A program made the translations under genes and the position numbers. The notes beneath the pieces were generated by a model. That model saw only the letters and a program-made list of their open reading frames with translations, was not told the origin of the DNA and made no database searches. This document shows, piece by piece, positions 1 through 9,783 of a DNA stretch of 64,000 nucleotides (the first letter of the stretch is position 1; every line of letters begins with the position of its first letter). The stretch lies in NCBI RefSeq assembly GCF_963921235.1, contig NC_086129.1, positions 31,806,001 to 31,870,000 of the forward strand, in the 5' to 3' direction. The DNA comes from Mobula hypostoma. Lineage: Eukaryota.

Positions 1-444
1 TTCATCTTGATTTAAGGTCATTTACCTAAAATGCCAAAACTGTCTGCCACTAGAGATCTCTAAGCTGCTGTGAATTCCTATTGAATGTTGTATGCACACA
101 GGAGCGAGATTGAAAATCCGGCTGAGTGGTGCCACACCAACAACTAGTTACTCAATGTCAGCAAGACCAAGGAGCAGATTATTGACTGCAGGAGGAGGAA
201 ACCAGAGGTCCATGAGCCAGTCCTCATCAGAGGATCAGAGGTGGAGAGGGCCAGCAACTGTAAATTCCTCGGTGTTATTATTTCAGAGGACCTGTTGTCA
301 TAACGGGGGCACTGGGAGTGGACCCAAATGCAAGACACAGACACTGAAGTACTAGGAACAGGACTTGACTAGAGAGCTGGAACAAGAACACAGACTTGGG
401 CTAGGCAAGCGGGACCAGGACAAGGAAATGGGAACTAGGAGCCT

Positions 445-1360
445 GGGCTTGGACTCCGAGCTGGAGACTGGACAAGGACCCAAAACCTGGGTCTTGACTC
501 GAGCTTGGACCCTGGAACTAGGCGAGGACATGACGTGGCTACAGGACTGGACATAGCTTGGGTTCTTCGAGGCAAGGACATGACGAGGCTTGGGTTCTTC
601 GAGGCGAGGACATGACATGGCTTGGGTTCTTCCTGGTGAGGACATGATGAGGCTTGGGTTCGGACTCCAGGCTGGAGACTGGACAAGGACCCAGAACCTG
701 GGTCTTGACTCGGGCTCAGACTCTGGAACTAGGCGAAGACATGACGTGGTCTTGGGAGGCAGGACTAGGCGAGGCTACAGGACAGAACGAGAGATTCCTG
801 GGCAAGACGAGGGAACTCCAGCACAGGACGAAGCACATGGATAGGACGAGGTACATGGACAGGACGAGAACACGAAGCCTTGACTTGGACAGGACGAGGT
901 TCTTGGATGTGGCTTGGATAGGACGAGGTTTTTGGATGTGGCTTGGACAGGATGAGAGACTCCTGGAAAGGACGAGGGAATCCCAGCACCAAGCTGGGCA
1001 AGGCACATGGACAGGACGAGAATACGAAGCCTTGACTTAGTCAAGAGAGAACAGGAACACAGAGCCTTGGTCGAGGGAGAACAGGAACGCAAAGCCTTGG
1101 TCGAAAGAGAACAGGAACGTAGAGCCTTGGTCAAAAGAGAACAGGAACGCAGAGCCAGGACCCCTCCTTGGGAACAAAACATAGGGCCAGGACTCATACA
1201 CAGAATGCTGAACACGATGAGGCAGTTCACAACACTAGGTAGCGGCAAACGGCCGGACCTACCTAGCGAAAGTGTGGACACAGAGACGATTCCCAACACA
1301 AGATAGCGGCGGCCAGACATACTTAGCGAAGGCATGGACACAGAGACAGTTCCAAGTAAC
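445..1360. repeat. Several imperfect tandem and dispersed repeat arrays inside the solo LTR
   Basis: About 95-bp duplication (445-545 / 661-750); about 30-bp ggcttgggttcttcgaggcaaggacatgac-type units; 30-bp gagagaacaggaacacagagccttggtcga-type units x4 (1043-1156); about 55-bp duplication at 1240-1355. Confidence 0.9.
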
Positions 1361-1633
1361 AAAAGACAGTTCCTTATCTAGGCACAACAAGGATCCAGTC
1401 TAGCTCCGGCGGTAGAACTTGACAGCAGTACAGGCGAGGACGCAGAAGAGGTTGCAAGCAAATCTTCAGGCCAAGGCTTCAGGCAGAAGGTGAAGGGAAC
1501 AGACCAGCAACTGAAGCGCTCTCTCTCTCTCTGTCTTGTTTTACGGCAGTCGGCACCCAGCTTAATGATGCATTACTGCCACCTTCTGCTCCAGAGTGTG
1601 CAATAGACTTACATTCTAAATCCCTTCACCCAA

Positions 1634-1672
<39 letters not shown>

Positions 1673-1799
1673 AACATACACTTTACCCTCCCCTCTTTGA
1701 CCATCCTAGTACCCTATTCCTGTTTACCCATCATATCCCATAAAAAAACCCTGTACCCCTTAAGAAAGCTAAAATTACCATAACCTGTGCTCTCTCACC

Positions 1800-4700
1800 C
1801 ATGCCCAGCTACCCTTTCAATGTGAATTCCTGCACTCCAATCCCCTTAGTTTAATTCTCGTCATCTCTCTCTGTATCCCATACTTCCTGCAACTCAGAAC
1901 TACATGTTCTACTGACTCCTCTTCCTGACATTCCTCACACAATCCTGTCTGGTGTTTCCCTATCATTTTCAATGTTTTGTTTCATGCACAGTGTCCCAGC
2001 CTTAACCTAGTCCACACAGTTTCCTCTTTTCTGTTTCCATTACCTACCCTAGTAACTGCAACACTTTTTTGTATTCGATATAAATGCTTCCCTTTCCCCT
2101 CCCTGTCCCATCTTTCTTGCCACATTTGGTTGATTTTTTCCCAGATTACACACTTAACCTCTGCTTTACTGATACTAATGTGCATTTCTACATTTTCTTT
2201 CTTTAACACTCTCTTCACCAACTCATCCACCCTCTCATTCCCCTTCACCCCTACATATGCTGGAACCCATAGAAATTTTACCTGACCTCCCTGATTTGCA
2301 ATTTTTGATAAAGTACATCTTGCCGACTGTTTGAGTGAAAAGACCTTAAACTTGCTAGAACTGAGGATGAATCTGAGCATATCAGTGCTTTGACTTGTCT
2401 GACTTTCTGCACCCATTGCAACACAACAGCACTGCCCAGCATCTCCACTGTAAGCACCCCTAACTTATTAGATGTTCTTCTGCTGATTCCAATTTCTTTT
2501 GCTGGTATAGCCATCCCAAACCCTGTCATTCCTGTTTCAGTTTCCTTCCCACCATCCGTATAAATGTGAGTATAATCACTATACTTTTCTATCACATGAC
2601 AGTTAAATGTATTTACCAAATCAGGTTTATATTTTCCTTTCTTTTTTACCTCTAACAAATGCCAGTCTATGTCAGGCCATACAAGCTTCCATGGAGCTAC
2701 AACCGGATAAACTACTGAAGGAATTATCCTCAGATCAAACACTCCACATTCTTTCGCAATATCTTTCCCTACCCGACTAAAGGTATTCCTCTGAAACCTC
2801 CCATTTTCCCAGCACTCCTGCAACACTCCTTTAGTAGGGCGAGAATAATTGTGCCCCTGCAAGTTAGCCCAGTAGTTTGCCATCAGTTGCATCCTTCTTA
2901 GTTCCAAAGGCATTATTCCCATTTCTACCTGTAGGGCTGACACTGGTGACGTTTTAAAAGCCCCACTGCACACTCTCAAAGCCTGAGCCTGAATCACATC
3001 CAGTTTCCAATCAGAGACCTAGCTGCTGATCCATATGCTATATTTCCATAATCCAACACAGATCTCACTAAAGCCACATACATTCTCTTCAATGTTGAAC
3101 AACTAGCTCCCCACTCCCTACCAGTCAAACATCTCATCACATTTATTACTTTTTTACATTTCTCCTCAACTTTCCTGATATGGTCTGCCCACGTTAATCA
3201 TGAATCAAATATAACTCCCAGAAATTTAAATGATCCAACCCTTTCTAATTCAATCCCATACATCCTTAACTTCTTCCCCACCTCAATTCTTTTCCTGATA
3301 AAAAATACAGTTTGAGTTTTTTCTACCGAAAATCTACATCCTCAGTCATAACCCTACTCCACCACTTCATCAATTGCTTCTTGTAGTTTCCTGATTATAT
3401 GCTCCATGTTCCTGCCTCTTTTCCACAAGGCCCCATCATCCACAAACAGTAACCTACCTATATCCACTGGTAGCTTTGTGAAGACATCATTGATCATAAT
3501 GATGAAAAGTAACGGGCTAATCACACTACCTTGAGGTGTGCCATTTCCCACTATGTACTGTTTTGATAATTCTGATCCAATCCGAACTTGAATTTTTCTA
3601 CCAAACAAAAAATCTTTAATCCAATTAAAAACTCTCCCACCAACCCCCATCTTGTGCAGTTTAATTAATAATCCTTCCTTCAACATCATATCATAGGCTT
3701 TTTCAATGTCAAAAAACACTGCAACTACTGATTCTTTATTTGCCTGGGCCTTGCTTATTTCAGTCTCTAACATTATCACTGAGTCCATGGAATTCCTTCC
3801 TTTTCTAAAACCACTCTGATAACTTGCCAGCATTCCCTTCTTCTCAAGCTCATACGATAAACTTTCTGATATCATCCTTTCCATTATCTTACATATATTT
3901 GATGTTAATGCTATTGGTCTGTAGCTGGTGGATTTTGACGGATCCTTGCTATGTTTCCTTATTGGAATTACTACTGCTTCTTTCCATGCACTTGGTAATC
4001 TTCCCTCCTCCCACACTCTGTTATAAAAATGCAGCAACTTCAAGAGCACTCCTTCTAGATTTTTTAGCATCACAGGGCATATCAGATCTTTCCCTGGGGA
4101 GGTTGGTCTCGATCTCTTTATTGTTCTCACCATTTCTGCTAATGTAAATGGATCATCAATTATATCATCTGTTCCTTCCCTCCTGTTTAACACACCTGGG
4201 TGTGGACTCATTATTCTTTCCCTTCTCCTTCTTCCTTCTTCAGACAAATTTTCTGAACTGTGTATCTATACAAAAGACTTGGCCATGATCTCTGCCTTAT
4301 CCCTACTGGAGACTGCTGTTTCCTCCTCAGATACCATTACTGGATATTCCCATTCCCTTCTATCTCCTCCCATCCTCTTAATCATTCCCCATACCTCCCC
4401 CACAGGTGTTGTTCTTTCTATTTTGTTGCAAAAACTCCTCCAACTTGCCCTTTTAGCTTGACGTATAGTTCTTCTCACCACTGCCTGTGCTTTCTTATAT
4501 TGAACCAAATGCTGCATATTATGGGTTATTTTAACTAGCTTGAATGCTCTATTTCTGTTTTTTATAGCCTGACAACATTCCTCTGTCCACCATGGTACCA
4601 GTTTCCTATTCATCCTATTTTTACTCCTGGGTATAGATCCTTCTGCTGCCATAATAATTGCGGGAGTCACCTGACTGTTTAATTCATCTATATTTCCAGA

Positions 4701-5463
4701 AATGTCAATCTTTGTCAATGCTTCTTCACTCAACTTCTGGAACTTATCCCAATCTGCTTTTCCAAACACCCACTTTGGGATTCCGCCACCTGGTCTTACT
4801 TCAACTCTTTCACGCACTGAACACAAAACTGGGTAGTGATCACTGCCTACTGTTGAAGCAGTCCAAACTCCCCAGTTACTAACACCAGCCAAGGTATTAG
4901 ACACTAACGTAATACCTAACAATGACTCAGTTCCTGTTGTTATGTCTATCCTTGTGCCCCTACCATCATTCATACACACCAAATCTCTTTCTTCCATCAA
5001 ATCTTCAAATACCTTTCCATTTGGATCTGTAATGTGATCCCCCCATATTGTGCTATGAGCATTGAAATCTGCACACCACACTACTTTATGTCTGTTTTGT
5101 CCTTGTATCCTTAATAGGCTGTCCAAATCCAACCTTTTACATGGATTGTAGTAGTTAATTATAACCACTCCCTCCCCTCTCTCCCACACTTCCACCACTA
5201 TGTATTCCTGATCATCTCCTTTTTTCCAGTACCCTATATGGTATACCTTGCTTGATTAACATAGCACAACCCCCTCCTCGCCCTAGATTTCTACCTTTCC
5301 TTATCATTGTAGACCCATATACCACAAAGTCTAAAGTTGGTTTCAACCAAGTTTCCTGAATACACACTACATCCGGTTTTACAACCATTTCTTTAATAAA
5401 GTGCTTGAATTCCTGGCTATTGGCCAGTAAGCTCCTTGCATTCCATTGTAAAAGAATCACCAT
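1800..5463 (-). pseudogene. Nimb ORF2 (APE endonuclease, RT, RNase H), broken by frameshifts and stops
   Basis: Pieces 5212-5463 (QWNARSL, CIQETWL), 4266-5198 (ADFNAH, SDHYP), 3354-4247 (YRPIALTS, GTPQGSVISP, FVDD), 2278-2997 and 1982-2416 (RNase H). Confidence 0.9.
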
Positions 5464-5471
5464 AATTAGTA

Positions 5472-6659
5472 TTAACCAACACGTGACACTTCCTGGCTTG
5501 ACTGATTACTGAGGTTCTCCCTCACTTCCTCCCATGTCAGTCCTACTAACCCTAAATGGTTTACTGCTGCTTTTACCACCAGCTGAATTTTGTCACTTTT
5601 TGACTTTACCTCAGCAGTACTATTAATCACTCCTGCAATGAATGTTACTGGAGCCTTTTTGTCTACATAAATCCTGTCATTTGTTCTTTGATGCATCTCT
5701 CGTATCCCTATTGCTCCCTGTTCATTAGGAGCATTATTCTGTTCTCTTGACATTCTTACAGCTTCTGCATAAGTGATCTTTCTTTTCACTCTTATTTCTT
5801 GAATTTTAGTCTCCCGTCTCACAACCTCACACCCACTATATGCAACATTCTGAGCTCCTCCACAATTGCAGCATTTTGGTTGCACTCCTGTTCCGCACTT
5901 CCCATATTCATGATCACCCCCACATCTAGCACATCTCCTCTGCCTTTTACAGTTTTTAGCTATGTGTCCAAACCTTTGAAAATTATAGCACCTCAATGGC
6001 TTTGGCACATACACCCTTACTGGGTAACTCATGAAACCCAGGAACACCTTCCTTGGCACTCTTTCTTTTTCAAATTCAATCAATACTGATTCACTTTCCT
6101 TTTTCATTCCCTCTTTTGTTGTTTTCAGTCTTTGAACATTCATTACTTTTCCTCCTTTGATATTCCTCTTTAACTCCTCCATATTTATATTCACTGGTAC
6201 CCCCGTGATCACTCCTTTACAACCACTATTTTGTGCTCCCATCATCCCCGTGTATTCCACCTTGCGATTTCCTATGTCTTTTAGCTTGAGTGCTTTCTCA
6301 AGTTGTTCCTCATTCGCACATCTTACCAATAGGTTGCCATCATTAAGGACTTTTGCAAATACTATTTCCCCTGTCTTATTTGCCAGAGTTGTTGTTAGCA
6401 TAAACGGGTTAATTTTCTTCATATGTCCCTGAGCCTTCTCACTAAACCTAATTATGACAGCACCTTCTCTTTGAACTTGTTCATCTTCCTCACTTTCAGA
6501 GCTCTCTCTACTGTCATTTCTTATTCTTTTATTCCCTTTGTCTTGGTTTTCATTCATCCGTCCCCTCACTATCTCCTCATTCCCTTTGTTTCTCCCTTCA
6601 CAATAATCCATCTCTCCCCAGCTACCTACCTCTGATCCCAAATCCCTATCCTTCTCCAC
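5472..6659 (-). CDS. Nimb ORF1 gag-like protein with three zinc knuckles (two degenerate)
   Basis: 395-aa open frame; CYNFQRFGHIAKNC, CARCGGDHEYGKC, CCNCGGAQNVAYSGC. Confidence 0.85.
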   Translation of the reverse strand: MEKDRDLGSEVGSWGEMDYCEGRNKGNEEIVRGRMNENQDKGNKRIRNDSRESSESEEDEQVQREGAVIIRFSEKAQGHMKKINPFMLTTTLANKTGEIVFAKVLNDGNLLVRCANEEQLEKALKLKDIGNRKVEYTGMMGAQNSGCKGVITGVPVNINMEELKRNIKGGKVMNVQRLKTTKEGMKKESESVLIEFEKERVPRKVFLGFMSYPVRVYVPKPLRCYNFQRFGHIAKNCKRQRRCARCGGDHEYGKCGTGVQPKCCNCGGAQNVAYSGCEVVRRETKIQEIRVKRKITYAEAVRMSREQNNAPNEQGAIGIREMHQRTNDRIYVDKKAPVTFIAGVINSTAEVKSKSDKIQLVVKAAVNHLGLVGLTWEEVRENLSNQSSQEVSRVG

Positions 6660-9023
6660 TTTCTTTCCCTCAACCCCCCCTCACCTTGTCCGCCATTACT
6701 GGACCCACGGGATCCCCTCCCAGCAATTCTCACTCCTTCCTCACTCTCTTTCCCTCAACAAGTTCCAAACCACATTCACGCATCAAGGACACCCCTTCAA
6801 ACCACTGCCTGATCAGCCCTCTGTGCCCGTGACTGAAATCTGGGCACAAAAGCAAAACAAAATGCCTCCCGCCTCAGCAGCGTCACCTCCACCAGTGGCC
6901 CACCCTCTCGGATTTCCCAGCAACTGAAGCTGAACCAAGGAGCTATTTATGTAGCCAGCCCAAAATATGCATCAGCTGCCTCAATTAGAGCACCCAACAG
7001 CAAAAGGGAAAACCAGGAATAAGGAACAATGGACTGGACCATGAACCGGAATACGGATTTCACGGACCGAACCATGACACCTGTCCTGGGTCCAGCAGGT
7101 AAGTGCAATTATGAAGAAAACACAACAGCTGCTCTATTTCCTTAGGAGTTTGCGAAGATTCGGCACGACATCTAAAACTTTGACAAACTGCTATAGATGT
7201 GTATTGACTGACTGCATCATAGTCGGGTATGGAAACACCAATGCTCTTGAATGAAAAGTCCCACAAAAAGTAGTAGATATGGCCTTTTTCATCACAGGTG
7301 AAGCCCTCCCCACCATTGAGCATGTCTACATGAATTGTTGTCACAGGAAAAACATCAGGGAGCCCCACCACCTAGACCATGCTCTCTTCTCACTACTATA
7401 ATCAGGAAGGAGGTACAGGAGCCTCAGGACTCACACCACCAGGTTCAAGAACAGTTATTACCATCTGGCTCTTGAAACAAAGGGAATAACTTCACTCAGA
7501 AATGTTCCCACAATCTATGGACCCACTCTTAAGGACTCTTTATCTCATGTTCTCAATATTTATTGCTTATGAATTTATTATTAATATTACTTTCTCTTTG
7601 TGTTTGCACAGTTTATCATCGTTTGCACACTGGTTACATGCCCAAGTTGGTGCAGTCATTCATTGATTCTATTATGGTTATTATTCTATTATGGATTTAT
7701 TGAGTATGCCCACAAAAAAAATCTCAGGGTTGTATATGGTGACATATATGCACTTTTGATAATAAATTTACTTTGAACTTTGCATGTGGATGCAGGGATC
7801 TAGCCTGTAGGCTGAACAAGTGTATTGTTTACCAAAGCCATGATGCAAGTCCAAAAAGGACTTTGGCATCATAAAGACCTAATTTCTGCAGCACCACAGC
7901 AAAAGAACAAGTAGCTCACTGGTATGTCTTCTTAGAAATGCCCCCATTATCACTGGAAAGGTCCAAACTGTCAGAGTCCTTGTATGACCAATGGCAGGGA
8001 TGGTACCAGAGTCATTCCCCAAAGTTGCCCCTGTGTTAACCAGATCTATATAGACCAACGGAGGTTATGATGTATCAACTAAATGCATATATGGGGATAT
8101 TTATTTTTTAGAACAGAATATTAGCAATGTGGGAAGAATGCAGTAAACTGGAGAACCCTGCCTGCTTCAAATGTCATCACTGTGTTGCCCCTGACCTTAA
8201 CTGAACAAACAGGCATGAAGCCTCCAGACCCTAATTGAAGGTGGGGGTCTGCAACGCACATGATGAGAATGCAGAAAAGGTGAAATGAGAAGTGAGTATT
8301 CATGTACCATCTTATTTTAGGTTATGCAAAAAGTGAAATCTGAATGCTTGTACATTGAAGATACCACGGCTTTTTCCTAAAGTAAACAAAAATGTCACTT
8401 TTTTTTTACAATTTCAGGCAGAGTTTGTGGACTGTTTTGTCCGTACTCAAAGTCAAAGATTAGTAATGCACTTAAGTTTGTTGTATTGCCTTCAATTAAC
8501 AGGACCCTCACAACTTGCAGTCATTTCTCAATCACACTTTAATTTACATGTGTACACAAGGAGAACAGTTCAGCCCCAGTACCAAACCACTCTGAAAGTC
8601 TGAAAACTGCCAGCTCTGATATAAATATTGACCCGATAGAAACTTGGTACACTTCTGAATCTCATTATTTGTACATGTAGGTACTAAGCACAATACATAT
8701 TTCAGGTGTTTATAACTAATTAAAAACTACAATTTACAGGCAATAAAGCATTAGATTTAGTAAAATGTGTCACAGCTGATGAGGTAACTTCTTCAGTATT
8801 AACTTCCCCAGCACTGAATAGTGGTGAACCCAATTGCAGAGAAAAGTTACACAAAATTAGAGGAAAAAGTCCAACAAGTCTTAACTGGGTTCCTTGGCAT
8901 GCAAGGTCTAGGCAGAGCATTCAAAAAACTCACAGGCAAAGTCAAAATCCCCCAAAAAATCATTAACTAGAGTTTTAGAAACTAGAAACTTAGAAAATTG
9001 GAAACTACAAAGACAAACCATAG

Positions 9024-9330
9024 AAAATCTGCAGATGCCAGAAATCCAAGCAACACCCACAAAATGCTGGAGGAACTCAGAAGGCCAGGCAGCATCTATG
9101 GAAAAGAGTAAACAGTCAACATTTCAGGCCGAGACCCTTCATCAGGAATGGAGAAAAAAAAAGGATGAGGAGTCAGAGTAAGAAAGCAGGGGGAGGGAAG
9201 GAAGAAGCACAAGGTGATACGTGAAACCAGGATGGCGGGAAGGGGTGAAGTAAAGAACTGGGAAGTTGATTGTTGAAGGAGATACAGGGCTGGAGAAGGG
9301 GGGAGTCTGATAGGAGAGAACAGAAGGCCA
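9024..9330 (-). mobile_element. Penelope-derived terminal fragment
   Basis: Matches the non-coding end of the GIY-YIG element at 59705-60940 (gctggaggaactcag...gcagcatc). Confidence 0.65.
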
Positions 9331-9400
9331 AGGCTAATAATGAACTAATAATTAGCCAAAGAGGCAGGGGAGCAGGAAGAGGTTCACCTTGTCTTCTCTG

Positions 9401-9417
9401 CCTCCCTCTGGTGGCCA
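9401..9417 (-). promoter_or_regulatory. Candidate CTCF site
   Basis: TGGCCACCAGAGGGAGG, one mismatch to CCASYAGRKGGCRS; motif only. Confidence 0.3.
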
Positions 9418-9783
9418 GTTCAAGGTGTAACAGAATGACTATCCAATAGCGAGTGAGTGTGCTCTATGCCTGGTGACCTTGGGTAGGCTTGAATAAAGAG
9501 GCTGTGTAACAGGGAGCTATGTTCTCATGAATGGTGTTCAGCTTGGGTGATTGACTATACTACATCAGCACACTATCTCTATTAGCACCCTTGCCTTACA
9601 GAAACTTCCACAGGGATTGAGTGATTCTTATTCTCCATACAGCACTTACTGCTTTTAATTAACAGAAAATTTTCTTCACAAATCTCAGTGAGTATAGGAT
9701 AGGACCTGGAGACAATCGGATATTCAAGTGCCCCAAAACCAAAGTGGTTTACACAGCAGACAGGAGTAAACGATATGCTAATA

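Larger units (their letters stand above)
1518..6916 (-). mobile_element. Apparently full-length Nimb/I-group non-LTR retrotransposon (ORF1 gag; ORF2 APE-RT-RNase H)
   Basis: 14-bp TSD CCAGCAACTGAAGC at 1504-1517 and 6917-6930; two-ORF structure; RNase H remnant (YTDG...SDS...WVPAYVGVKGNE); (GA)n tail. Confidence 0.9.
296..7079 (-). mobile_element. Gypsy-type solo LTR (about 1.37 kb net), interrupted by a Nimb element
   Basis: TGTCA...TGACA termini; 5-bp TSD CCTGT at 291-295 and 7080-7084; TATA-like TACATAAATAG on the minus strand. Confidence 0.8.
95..7782 (+). mobile_element. Rex/Babar-like LINE 3' fragment, split into about 95-295 and 7080-7782 by a solo LTR
   Basis: RT C-terminal remnants join across the insertion (gaggacctgt|cctgggtccagc); the 3' tail matches other copies in the window. 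Confidence 0.8.

Noticed and set aside
445-1360. CRISPR-like appearance of the roughly 30-bp repeats and the ORFs over them (for example 775-1362 minus)
   Set aside because: Units are head-to-tail and degenerate with no unique spacers, the context is eukaryotic with no cas genes, and the ORFs are by-products of stop-poor repeats in an LTR.
8260-8343. Possible C/D-box snoRNA (ATGATGA ... CTGA with a 3-bp terminal stem)
   Set aside because: The stem is only 3 bp, I recognise no rRNA-complementary guide or host gene, and such motifs are expected by chance in 64 kb.
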